From Anthoceros angustus (lineage: Eukaryota; Plantae; Anthocerotophyta): 64,000 bases of DNA. The stretch is taken from assembly GCA_010909165.1 (NCBI GenBank), contig MU008160.1, forward strand, positions 248,001 to 312,000. The letters run 5' to 3'. Of the stretch, positions 23,736 to 36,789 are shown piece after piece. A program made the position numbers and the translations under genes. Position 1 is the first letter of the stretch. Each line of letters starts with the position of its first letter. The notes under the pieces are model-generated. The model made no database searches, was not told the DNA's origin, and worked only from the letters and a program-made list of their open reading frames with translations.

Positions 23736-26544
23736 ATGGTGCGCGAGACTCGTGCGAGGGCCAAACTCCAATTTCAAGCTCAAGCAGATGACACCACTCG
23801 AAAGCTCGCGACAGCGGCGCTTGTGTTGGGAGAAGAAGCAGTCGAGCAAGCATTGCAGAAAGAAGCGGCCTCCCCTGCTAGAGGCACGGTGGTTGGGGTC
23901 AATAGAAATGTCCTTGCGGCGAAGAAGGTCCTCGGAGATCTTCCAGAGGATGCAGGAATAAAATGGGCCAAGGTGAAGGCTGGGAAGCGCACAAGAGGAG
24001 CTGGGAGTGGAGGAGGTCGGAAACGAGCTCCTGCAAAGCCGGTGAAGGATGTGCCCCTCGCAGACAATGAGGAGCTTGAGCTCGAGGAGGTGCTTGTCAC
24101 TCCTCCTCCATGGGACGATGTGCTTCTCGCTCCTCAGCTTGTGGAGGATGCGGTTGTCACTACTCTCCCAGCTGACGCTGGAGTTGAGGAGTTTGTGGAT
24201 CTTGATGCGCCGGCGACACTGTGGAAAAGCCCGTGCTTGCAGCGGTGCTGCATCTGGATCCTCTTGTGGCACATGCAGTGGTGGATCCCAAGCTTGTGCA
24301 TGGAGCGACCGGGAGCGAGCTTGGGTCTAATCTATCCGTGGCAAAGGGGACTGTTGGGCACGGTGGGCTGAAGAATCGCCATGTCCACACTTCGGATCTG
24401 CTCAAGCAGATGCTGGCTGCCCAAAAAGGGGTGAAAGGTAAAGGATCGGGGCCCCAATTTGCATCTCAAACGCCCTTCCCCTCTCCCAACCTGCACTGTG
24501 CCTCCTCCCATCGCAGATCTTGTTCCTTTACCCACCCAGCTCCTTCTCCCACTGCCTCCTCCCATCGCAGATCTGTTCCTTTACCCACCCAGCTCCTTCT
24601 CCCACTCCTGCCCCCTCTCCCACGCCCGCCACTTCTTCCACACCCACCCCTTCTCCCACCCCCGCACCTCTTCCTAGTTCTCCCACCTATGCCTCTACAT
24701 CTCAACATTCCATAGCTTCACCTCCAGCTCCAAAAGCACCCGTGCTACGTAGGTCGCCAAGAAAACATGTCTCTTCGAACCTTGAAGAGGAGGAGCTGCC
24801 GGGCATGACTACGGAGGCATATGAAAACCTACGTCGAGCAAAGGGAAGGGAAAGGTTCACATCATCCACAGATCGGACATCTACCCGAGGCAGTCGGTGC
24901 ATGAAGGATCCTCTATGTGCTTGATATACTTGATGTGTGATCGAATTTTGGACTGCCACTCTGTAGATGGGCTGCTCTTACTGTACAATGTAAATTGGTT
25001 GTGCAATTGTTGGTTCTCTTGCAATTTATTTGTGTTGTGGTGTACTGGATCTACCGGCTCGTTGTACGGGCTCATTCAACGAGCTTGATACGGGCCTGTA
25101 CCACGCTCATTTACGGCCCTGTACAAGCTCGGTGTACATTCAGTCTGTTGGGCTTCTGTGTTCTTTGTTACAGTTCTCACACTCATTGTGCTTGCATGTT
25201 CTGTTAGTTCTCACCACTAATTGCTTCCAAGGTTTTGTTCTCGTAGGTTGGATCAAGGAGGATACTCTGAGCTATCAAGTAATTCAATTCCGGTGTCGAT
25301 GGGCAATGCGACATTTTTTGTCGCTCGTAATAGGTAACTTTTGGAGGGAGAAGCTTGAGGTTTAGTACATGACCGAGACAGCAATCTGCAGAGATGTTGG
25401 TGGCTGCTGGACAATGGCTCATATGTGTGATCAGCTCTTCTCCAATATGATCAAGAATTAGAAGTACAATCTTGCAAGATGTCCCGTTTGTTCCTTTCTG
25501 GTGAGTATTCTACGAAGTACAAGCCCCGTGATATCACACCTGACAAGTGGAATGAAATTCGGTGGAGGAAAGAGTGAAGTCCCAGCAAGAGATGTCTCTC
25601 CAGAAACGCATTGCCATGGAAAGGAAGAACAATCCAAATGCCAAGCCCTATGCACACTTTGGAAATGGAGGACAGCCTGGTTTTAACAGACGTTTTCTTT
25701 TGAAGTATGGGAGACAGCCAACAGAGGAGGAGAAAGTTGCAGTGGCATCAAAATCTGGAGAGTGGGTTGCTAAGTTGGAAGCTTTCTGGGATCGTGAGCA
25801 GGTCCCTTATCCAGAGCCCAAGTTAGTTCCGTTGGAGCCTGTTTTCGCTAGTGTGGGAGGGAAGAAGATTTCAGCCAAAGTTATGTATGCAGACCTGTTG
25901 GAGGCTGGATACGGTGGCAACGAATTGGACAATAAGTTTTCGTACTAAGAATTTTTCTAGTATGCTTTGAGTGGCAATCTGACTCCTGTACATGTGTTGG
26001 ATCACATATATTGTGATAGATGCCATTAAGCGAAAGGATGTGGATGAAGATGGCTGGTTCATAGATTGTTTGATCCCAAGATGCAGAGGTGAGCCAGGCT
26101 CCACCGAGTACCCACAGGAGGCGAATGACAAGGTTGTAAAAGACAAGACTCCTGCAAAAGTCAAGGACTGCTGTAGAAGACAAGACTCCAGCAAAAGACA
26201 CGGCTGCTGCGAAGGGCAAGACTCCAGCAAAAGACATAGCTGCTGTGGAGGGCAAGGCCCATATTGTGATTGAAGAGGCCCCAAAGGAACAGTCTGTTGA
26301 AATTTCTCCTGTTAAGATGCGGGAGAAGTTTTTTGCGATCTTGGATAATTCGGAAAGGAGTTTGGCCCAAGAGTTGGAAGCACAACGTCTTTGTGTGAAG
26401 CTGGGGTTCAACTACAGTGACGAGCTCCGCAATGCTGCAATCTTGAAGTCCAGATCCACAAGGGGGAGTGTGAACAAAAAGCGGAAGGCGGCGAGGGACT
26501 TCAAGAAGAAGACAACGGGAAATTTTTCTAAGAAGGCCCAATAG
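23736..26544 (+). pseudogene. Putative CACTA ORF2 (TnpA/Ptta-like) with Pro-rich N-terminal region; multi-exon, frameshifted
   Basis: KPRDITPDKWNEI followed by KRIAMERKNNPNAKPYAHFGNGGQPGF...KYGRQPTEEE resembles the W...R...HxxG...PT pattern of En/Spm ORF2 proteins. It has a basic RRSPRK motif and lies ~5 kb inside a CACTA terminus. Confidence 0.5.
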
Positions 26545-26819
26545 ATGTGGAGTGTAGGTGTTTGTTTGTTGACTTGCAACTAGAGTTGGAGCGTAGATGT
26601 GAATTTTGAAAGACTGTCCCTTGAAAACACTTGTACCTCGGCCACCGGTTCCGGATAATGCGATGGAAGTAAATGTTGCTGCAAAGTTTTGAAGTGTTTA
26701 CCGTGTTTATCCATGTGTGTGTGAGGGTTCCATCGAGAGCATGTTAGTCATCATGGCATCTTCCTCGCTTTTAAGGTATTGCGAATCTTTGATTTGCTTG
26801 TTGCCATCGGTGAGCACAC

Positions 26820-28815
26820 GATCCACTAAGCGATGTATCTGCGTGTTTAAGGATATTGAATGGACTCGTGTAGCTGTCCAAGAATGCTCTCTCGGGGTTG
26901 ATGGAAGATGAAAGCACCGTGAAATCCAGCGACATGAAAGAGCTTGGGGTAAGCTAATTCCACAACCGGTGGTGCGTGCCATGTTAGATTGGGTTTGTGA
27001 CTTGTCCAAGAATCGATGTGTTTGTGTGTTCAAGGATATTGGATGGTCTTGAGAGCTATCCAAGAATGCTCTCTCGGGGTTGATGGAAGATGAAAGCCGT
27101 GAAATCCTCGCCATGATAGAGCTTGGGGTATGCTAATTTCGCAGCTTGTGGTTGCGTGCAATGTTGGGTTGGGTTTGTGACTTGTCCACTAAGCGATGTA
27201 TCTGCGTGTTTAAGGATATTGGATAGTCTTGATGCATTGTCGATCAAGAATGCTCTGCGGGTTGAGAGGCATTGGTGAAATCCACGGCATGAAAGAGCTT
27301 TGGGTAAGCTAATTACCGATGGTTGTGTGCGTTGTTGGGTTGGGTTTGTGACTTGAATCTTATATTCCTCTTGATAGGCTCAACATTCATCCTTACGCTC
27401 ATGAACTGCATGTATAATGGCCTTCACGTCCGGGAGCATGTCTTTTAGCATAGCATCACGGCCTTCAAGTGCCATGTTAGATTGGGTTTGTGACTTGTCC
27501 ACTAAGCGATGTATCTGCGTGTTTAAGGATATTGAATGGACTCGTGTAGCTGTCCAAGAATGCTCTCGGGGTTGATGGAAGATGAAAGCCGTGAAATCCA
27601 GCGACATGAAAGAGCTTGGGGTAAGCTAATTCCACAACCGGTGGTGCGTGCCATGTTAGATTGGGTTTGTGACTTGTCCGATGGCGATGTGTTTGTGTGT
27701 TCAAGGATATTGGATGGTCTTGAGAGCTATCCAAGAATGCTCTCGGGGTTGATGGAAGATGAAAGCCGTGAAATCCTCGCCATGATAGAGCTTGGGGTAT
27801 GCTAATTTCGCAGCTTGTGGTTGCGTGCAATGTTGGGTTGGGTTTGTGACTTGTCCACTAAGCGATGTATCTGCGTGTTTAAGGATATTGGATAGTCTTG
27901 ATGCTCGCAATTCTATGGTCTTGAGAGCTATCCAAGAATGCTCTGCGGGTTGAGAGGCATTGGTGAAATCCACGGCATGAAAGAGCTTTGGGTAAGCTAA
28001 TTACCGATGGTTGTGTGCGTTGTTGGGTTGGGTTTGTGACTTGAATCTTATATTCCTCTTGATAGGCTCAACATTCATCCTTACGCTCATGAACTGCATG
28101 TATAATGGCCTTCACGTCCGGGAGCATCACGGCCTTAGAGTGCCGTGATGCTCGCAATTCTATGGTCTTGAGAGCTATCCAAGAATCGATGTGTTTGTGT
28201 GTTCAAGGATATTGAATGGACTCGGTGTAGCTGTCCAAGAATGCTCTCGGGGTTGATGGAAGATGAAAGCCGTGAAATCCAGCGACATGAAAGAGCTTGG
28301 GGTAAGCTAATTCCACAACCGGTGGTGCGTGCCATGTTAGATTGGGTTTGTGACTTGTCCGATGGCGATGTGTTTGTGTGTTCAAGGATATTGGATGGTC
28401 TTGAGAGCTATCCAAGAATGCTCTCGGGGTTGATGGAAGATGAAAGCCGTGAAATCCTCGCCATGATAGAGCTTGGGGTATGCTAATTTCGCAGCTTGTG
28501 GTTGCGTGCAATGTTGGGTTGGGTTTGTGACTTGTCCACTAAGCGATGTATCTGCGTGTTTAAGGATATTGGATAGTCTTGATGCTCGCAATTCTATGGT
28601 CTTGAGAGCTATCCAAGAATGCTCTCGGGGTTGATGGAAGATGAAAGCACCGTGAAATCCACATGAAAGAGCTTTGGGTAAGCTAATTACCGATGGTTGT
28701 GTGCGTTGTTGGGTTGGGTTTGTGACTTGAATCTTATATTCCTCTTGATAGGCTCAACATTCATCCTTACGCTCATGAACTGCATGTATAATGGCCTTCA
28801 CGTCCGGGAGCATAT
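26820..28815. repeat. ~178-180-bp tandem array with three-unit higher-order structure
   Basis: GGGTTTGTGACTTG recurs at ~26991, 27171, 27342, 27484, 27663, 27840, 28030 and onward; three unit variants repeat in the same order. Confidence 0.85.
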
Positions 28816-30979
28816 GCGCTGGCGAGCATCACGGCCTTAGAGTGCCGTGATGCTCGTGCTATGAAAACGAATTGAACCTTCTTTTCCTCGTGCATCAACA
28901 TACATCCTGCTGAACACCGCACGCTTCAAGTCCAGAGCATGTCTTTTAGCATAGCATCACGGCCTTCAAGTGCCATGATGCTCCGCTCAAAATAGTGGGA
29001 ATCTAACAAGGCGTTATCTTTGTAAAATGCGATCCTATGCCTCAAAAACACCTAAGGACTAGGCGGTGGATCTAGCCCATGAAAGGCTCCTCAAACTTGC
29101 TCGCAATACTTACACACATATGTGTATGTAGTGAATTGGAGGATGCACGCCAAGCCTAAGGTTTTGACAGTTGATTCAGCTGATTGTTGAAAGAGGATTG
29201 CTGGATGTTGAGTGGTCAGGACCTACCTGGTAGACATGTATGTGTCTGTGATGAACTGGAGGACGCACGCCGGGCCTAGGTGTTTTACAGCTGCACTAAC
29301 TGATTGTTGAACGAGGACTGGTGGATGAGGTAGTTGTCGGGACCTGCTTGGTAGGCAAGTTCATGGATAGAATTGGCATGTGAAGTTTTAGGGGTTGCTA
29401 AGTACAGAGTGGTATCCAGATGCTCAATTCACAGTGAATTTTGTCAGGTATCTCTCCTTTGTTGTGGGACGAGATAGCTGAGATTGTGCAGGACGCTCGT
29501 CGAAGATCGACCGACTCTGGGACTCCCATCTCCCGTATGCCAAGAAGTTCACCAAGATTCTACTCCCATTGCGCCAAGGTGCCCACCGTACCTCCATCGC
29601 TTTTTATTTCCTTTGGCTCTTGTTGCAATTCTATGGTCTTGATGCTCGCAATTCTATGGTCGATGCTCGCAATTCTATGGTCGATGCTCGCAATTCTATG
29701 GTCTTGATGCTCGCAATTCTTGTTATGCTCCGATGGCAACATAGCGGGTGTAATTCAGTTCGCATCTTTGGTAGGGCGTGAAGAGATAGAAGCGCAAGGC
29801 ACTTAGGCTATTGTTGAGAGGGCCTCGTGCTTGTCCCGCTCTTGTTGCACAATTTAGAAGCGATGAGTCGTGTGTGAGCATTGGTGTAGGGATGTGGATG
29901 ATGCTGCGATGGAGACTTTGCTTTTGCTGGATGCACTCAATGATTGTTGAAAGAGGATTGCTGGATGCACTCAATGATTGTTGAGAGGGCCTCGGTGAAA
30001 TGTTTGTCCCAGTGATTTTGATGCTATCAAGTATCATATATTGTATGATATACATGTATAATGGCCTTCAAGTGCCATGATGCTCGCAATTCTATGGTCT
30101 TGATGCTGCGATGGAGACTTTGCTTTTGCAACTTTGTAATAATGGATCAAGGATTTTGCTCTTGGAGAAGGTTGAGGAATCTAGCTAAGGCTTTGGGGCA
30201 CACATTTTGGTGGAAGGTGTGCTCTAGACCCGACTTTTCTTTACCATTTTCATGGGGCTGCTTGTGGCGTGTCAAGTTCTTTACCATTTTGGTGGGGCTG
30301 CTTGTGGTGCATCAAGTTGTTTACCATTTTGGTGGGGCTTGTGGTGTGTCAAGTCCGGTGTCATGTAAGCTAATCTCGCTTTGGCTCTATTGGATTTTTG
30401 ACTTGCATCTTATATTCCTCTTCACATGCATGTATAATGGCCTTCAAGTGCCATGATGCTCGCAATACTTACACACATATGATGGCCTTCAAATCCAGGA
30501 GAATATCTAGTAGGAGGATCATCACAACCTTCAAGTGCAAGCGCCCTTGTAAAGATCGCGCGAACTTACAAGGTGTCGGCGGATTATGTTACAATATATA
30601 TTGCCTTCATTTATCCTAATTTTAAGATATTATGTATGCATTATTTTATGTAAATCTGGTCCCTAATTGGGGGCCAAATTTAGTTAAAATAATATGTATA
30701 TATATACTGTCCAAAAATTAGGATTTAAATGGAATGGATAGAATGTAATTACATTATTAAATTCATAGATTTATAATCTTAATTAGATACCTATTTATTT
30801 AATTCAATAATTATTTTGTCAATATTATCATATATTGTATAAAGATTCGTGTATTGTATGATATACGTGTATAATTTGATCTTCGTATATGATACCATAT
30901 AGTATACCTTATGTCCGTACCGTATGTATGAAAAGAGATGTATACTATTTTGTAGAATACGTATATATTTTAATGTATA

Positions 30980-33010
30980 AACAACGTTGTAAATCATTGA
31001 GACGTGAATTTTTCAAGTTGTAATCTACCTTGTAGATTTTGTTGTAAAACTAGCGATTCGTGAATTTTGAGGTTGTAAATGAGGTTGTAAATGAGGTTGT
31101 AAATGACGTTGTAAATGAGGTTGTAAATGACGTTGTAAATGACGTTGTAAATGAGGTTGCAAATGAGGTTGCAAATCAAGTTGTAAACGACCTTGTAAAC
31201 CACGTTGTAAATGACGCGTTGTAAACGACCTTGTAAACCACGTTGTAAACGACGTTGTAAATGACGCGTTGTAAATGACGTTGTAAAGTAAGGGTGTTTG
31301 AAGGTTGTAAATGAGGTTGTAAACGACCTTGTAAACCACGTTGTAAATAGACCCACTTTACAACCTAGTTGTCGGACTACAACCTCCTAATAACAACCTA
31401 TTTTACAACCTAGATTACAAGGCAACCACGTTGTAAATGGCGTTGTCATTTAGGTTGTAAATGCGTTGTAAATGACGCGTTGTAAATGACGTTGTAAACG
31501 ACCTTGTAAACCACGTTGTAAAGCGGCTGCGGACACCTTACCCGTCCGGTTGGGTGACGTGGCGGCCACGTCGGCAACTTGCTGACGTGGCAACCTTGCC
31601 ACGTCGGCAACTTGCTGACGTGGCGGCCACGTCGGCATTTTACAACCTAGTTGTCGGTTTACAAGCGTGTAAATGCCCGTTTTACAACGTGAGGTTGTAA
31701 TTACGTTGTAAAATGCGTTGTAAAACACTGCGATTCTTGTAGTGCAAGGCGGCGTGGCGGCCACGTCGGCATTTTACAACCTAGATTACAAGGCAACCAC
31801 GTTGTAAACCACGTTGTAAATGGCGTTGTAAACCACGTTGTAAATGACGCGTTGTAAATAGCGTTGTAAAGTAAGGGTGTTTGAAGGTTGTAAATGGCGT
31901 TGTAAATTACGTTGTAAAATGCGTTGTAAATAGACCCACTTTACAACCTAGATTACAAGGCAACCACGTTGTAAATGACGCGTTGTAAATGACGTTGTAA
32001 ATGGCGTTGTAAATGAGCGTTGTAAATCATTGAGGCGTGAATTTTTGAGGTTGTAAATGACGTTGTAAATCATTGAGACGTGAATTTTTCAAGTTGTAAA
32101 CGACGTTGTAAATGCGTTGTAAATGCCGTTTTACAACCTAGATTACAAGGCAACCACGTTGTAAAATCGTTGTAAAATCGTTGTAAAACTAGCGATTCGT
32201 GAATTTTTCAAGTTGTAAACCACGTTGTAAAATCGTTGTAAATAGCGTTGTAAAATCGTTGTAAATAGCGTTGTAAATGACGTTGTAAATGAGGTTGTAA
32301 ATGGCGTTGTAAATGACGTTGTAAATGAGCGTTGTAAATTACGTTGTAAAATGCGTTGTAAACCACGTTGTAAAACTAGCGATTCGTGAATTTTTCAAGT
32401 TGTAAACGACCTTGTAAACCACGTTGTAAATGACGTTGTAAATGCGTTGTAAATGACGTTGTAAATGAGGTTGTAAATGCGTTGTAAAATGCGTTGTAAA
32501 TGGCGTTGTCATTTAGGTTGTAAATCATTGAGGCGTGAATTTTTGAAGATGAAGGAAGGGACGAGGATGTCCGATCATCGAATGATTTCAATACCATTTT
32601 CAGCTCTCATCTCAAGGTATCACATTCCTGATTCCGTGAGAGCTATGTTTTGTTGTAAAATCGTTGTAAATTACGTTGTAAATGAGCGTTGTAAACGACC
32701 TTGTAAACCACGTTGTAAATTACGTTGTAAATGGCGTTGTAAACCACGTTGTAAATGCGTTGTAAATGAGGTTGCAAATGAGGTTGCAAATGAGGTTGTA
32801 AGCAGGCGAGCGTTGTAAAATCGTTGTAAACCACGTTGTAAATGAGGTTGCAAATGAGGTTGTAAATGCCCGTTTTACAGCGTGAGGTTGTAAATGAGGT
32901 TGCAAATGAGGTTGTAAGCAGGCGAGCGTTGTAAATGACGTTGTAAATGCGTTGTAAAATCGTTGTAAATGACGCGTTGTAAATGCGTTGTAAAACACTG
33001 CGATTCTTGT
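30980..33010 (+). mobile_element. Right end of CACTA element B: GTTGTAAA subterminal array and terminus at 31744
   Basis: GTTGTAAAACACTGCGATTCTTGTAGTG ends at 31744 (reverse complement CACTACAAGAATCGCAGTG), with dense GTTGTAAA/TTTACAAC motifs. A truncated second copy of the end lies at ~32985-33010. Confidence 0.85.
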
Positions 33011-33937
33011 GGAGTGTCACTATTGTCACAAAGGGTCACTTCAAAGAGAGTGCGAGAAGTTCAAAAGGACCAAGGAAGAAGAAGAAGAAGCGGGGGCGAC
33101 AAGAAGGCGACTTGGTTCGAGTTGGAAGAGTTAAACTCTGTTGAGGACGGAGATGTCCTTATCTCTTCTTACTTGAATCTGCAATTAACCCGTGGATAGT
33201 CATTTATTACGCAATTGGATAATTGACTGGTGCATCTTTCCATGTTACTCCTCATAGAGTGGTTTTACGTATGATGCTACAAGGAAAGGATGCGTTAGGC
33301 TTGGAAATAACTATGCATGCGGATCGCGTGGTGATGTGCAACTCAAGTTTGACAACGGATCTTCATTCATCTTTGAAGGGCGTTAGGCATGTTCGAAGTT
33401 GACAAAGAGCATGATTAGCGCGGCGGTTGGATGATCTTTGGTTACCACTTGGTTTGGGGATCACTCTTGGAAGATCTCCAAAGGTTCTCTTGTGTTAGCT
33501 CGTGGATCGAAGTGTGGCACTTTGTACTCACTTGTAAACCATCAAAAGATCATGTGATCGTGGGCAGCCAAATGTTTCCTTGTGGCATTGCGGTTAGGAC
33601 ATATGTCTCGAGAAGGGAATGAAGGTTTTATCTCGTTACGGTTATATCCTGTTCTTAACTTCTCGATCTCTCGATGTGTGAGCCTTTGTTTATATGGGAA
33701 GCAGACAAAATCATCACATCGAACAAGAGGTAAAAGTAGGAGTAAACCTCTTGAGTTGGTTCACGATGATGTATGTGGACCTATGCCTCTTGCATCATTA
33801 GGCGGTGCCTCTTATTTTGTCACTTTCATAGATGATTTCTCACGCAAGGTGTGGGTTTATCCTTTGAGGAAAAAGGATGAAGTTACGGTGTTTGAAATTT
33901 GTCACCCTTGTAGAGAATCGATGCCACGATTGAAGTG

Positions 33938-34378
33938 TCTATATATGTGTAGATATATGTATGTGTAGATATATGTATGTGTAGATATATGTATGTGATA
34001 TTTATACATGTGGCATGCATATATGTGTAGATATATGTATGTGGTATTTATACATGTGGCATGCATATATGTGGCATGCATGTGTGGTGTGTATGTATGG
34101 ATGTAAGTACATATATGTGGCATGCATGTATGTGTAGATATATGTATGTGTAGATATATGTATGTGATATTTATACATGTGGCATGCATGTATGTGGTAT
34201 TTATACATGTGGCATGCATGTATGTGTAGATATATGTATGTGTAGATATATGTATGTGATATTTATACATGTGGCATGCATGTATGTGTAGATATATGTA
34301 TGTGTAGATATATGTATGTGATATTTATACATGTGGCATGCATATATGTGGCATGCATGTGTGGTGTGTATGTATGGG
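33938..34378. repeat. Low-complexity TATG/GTAG/GCAT microsatellite-like tract interrupting the integrase
   Basis: Directly visible. Confidence 0.9.
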
Positions 34379-36290
34379 TGAGGCATCTTGCCATGTTCCA
34401 AAAGAGTTTCGGGACAAGTTGGCACCTAAGTCCAAGAAATGTATTTTTCTTGGCTATGGTGATTCGTGAGATGGGATACCGTTTGTGGGATCCGAGGCTA
34501 GAAAGGTTGTTCGTACTAACGTGTTCTTCAATGAGAACAAGATGCAGAAGCCTACTCCAAGCGTGGAGGTGCGAAGGGTGATCTTCCAAGAAGATGGACA
34601 TGATCATCATGGGCGGGTTGATAACCGTGGTAATGTGCGAGCACATTCCTCCACCGTAGATGAACCAAGAGTCGAACAAGCACCTATAGAGGTGCACGTG
34701 CGTAGGTCGAGGCGATTACACGACCTCGGTATGATCCATCTGGATTATGTATCGACAGTTGTGGGGAACCCTCTTCTTACAAAGAGGCCATGTCAATGAG
34801 TAACAAAGAGAAGTGGGAGAAGGCCATGCGATCGAAATGAATTATGCATAAGAACCAAACTTGGGAGTTGGTTGGTTGCCTAGGATAAGAAGGCACTAGT
34901 GCAAATGGGTGTACAAGATGAAGGTCATACCGCTTGATGGCAAACCAAAGTACAAGGCACGATTGGTTGCTAAGGGTTTCAAGCAACAACAGGCATTGAC
35001 TTTGATGAGATTTTCTCACGATAGTCAAAATGACAACTTTGCGATGTGTTCTTGCTTTGGTTGCGGGATGATATGGAACTTATGCGGATGGATGTCAAGG
35101 CGGCATTCTTGCATGGTGACCTTCAAGAGGGCGTCTACATGCGACAACGGAAGGTTTTGTTGAGAAGGGCAAAGAGAATCGGTGTGCGAGGTTGAGGAAG
35201 AGCCTTTATGGTTTGAAGCAGGCACCAGTGGTATCACAAGTTCCACTCATTTATGCTTTCTCAAGGCTACAAGCGTGGCGATGAGGATCATTGCCTCTAT
35301 CTGAAGCAAGCTAAGGATCAAAGCTTGCTCATTTTGATCCTCTATGTGGATGATATGCTAATTCTTTGGAGCAGTCTTGATGAGATTTGTTGAAGTCAAA
35401 GTTGAATGCTCACTTTGAATGACGAGACTTGGGAGGCGAGCCATATACTTGGCATGCATTCGAATATATAAGCGCCCCGCTTTATTTGTCTCGACGGAAT
35501 ACATTAACGAGTGCTTCAACGTTTCAACATGGACCCTTTGGAAGGTTAGAGCTGATGATCTTGTGCGAGGCTGGCCTAGATTTCATGGAGAAGAAATGGT
35601 GCTCTGACGATTAGTGCAAGAGTGTGCCCGCCCGAGAACCAAAACGCAAGAGGCGGCCAAGGAAGAGGCCGCAAAATTGGATTTGGGGCTCTTAGCCGTG
35701 TATGGCGAAGAATCGGAAGATGGGAGCTGGTGATTGACCCGCAGAGGAAGAAAACTCGAAGCTGCGGTGCGCTCATGAAGCTGGGAAGTGAGAGTTAACA
35801 ATGGATGGGTGACTTGCTCGTATGCTTGGTTGGGTTGGCCAAGTGGATTTTGTGTTTCCTTGAATCGAAAGTTAGATCACATGGCGGACCACTTCACGGT
35901 CTTCCTTCATGAGGTGGTCAAGGCACGCAGATCGATTGGGGAGGATGATTTTGAAAGAGCGTGTGAAGAGAAGGCGAATTTGCTCTCCCTCCTCGGCCTT
36001 CCTTGATTTCACCCTTTTGATTCATGTGTTTGAGCATTCGGATGCCTAACGGAGTTGGGCCGTGTCGCCCTTCATAGGAAACCGGTCGAGAGAACTCAAG
36101 GTGGAGGAGGAATATAAGGAGGATTCGGAAGGACTCCGGGTTGGGAATGCGCCTCACTAGAGGATTCGGATGAGGGTGGGGAGGTTTCCAAAGGCAAGAG
36201 GAAGAGGGTAGCAACGGCGGGGGTCGGCCAAAAGGGGGCGGAGGAAGAACCCAGCTACACCTAGGGTCACGAGGTCGAAATCAAGAAGAT

Positions 36291-36551
36291 GAAGGAGAAG
36301 TTGCTCAAGGAGAAGTTGCTCAAGGAGAAGTTGCTCAAGGAGAAGTTGCTCAAGGAGAAGTTGCTCAAGGAGAAGTTGCTCAAGGAGAAGTTGCTCAAGG
36401 AGAAGTTGCTCAAGGAGAAGTTGCTCAAGGAGAAGTTGCTCAAGGAGAAGTTGCTCAAGGAGAAGTTGCTCAAGGAGAAGTTGCTCAAGGAGAAGTTGCT
36501 CAAGGAGAAGTTGCTCAAGGAGAAGTTGCTCAAGGAGAAGTTGCTCAAGGA
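36291..36551. repeat. Perfect 15-bp tandem repeat GAGAAGTTGCTCAAG (~17 copies)
   Basis: Directly visible; possible artefact. Confidence 0.9.
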
Positions 36552-36789
36552 CATTTTGGCGATATCTCCTTAACCCGACCCGGCGCAAGAGGCGAGTGGT
36601 GACGGCTCGCGTCACGAGAACTATTGTGGAAGGGAAGCCATTGGGTACTCCATTGCCTCCATATGTGAAACTTTCAAGCGCGGATTGCCCAAGCTCGAGG
36701 AGGACAAAGGCTGAAATGGAGAAGGTCCCATACTCATCGTGTAGGGAGTTTGATGTATGCAATGATTGCTACGTCCACGACATTGCCTT

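Noticed and set aside
36289-36573. KEKLL coiled-coil protein
   Set aside because: It derives from a perfect 15-bp DNA repeat with no synonymous variation; likely slippage or artefact.
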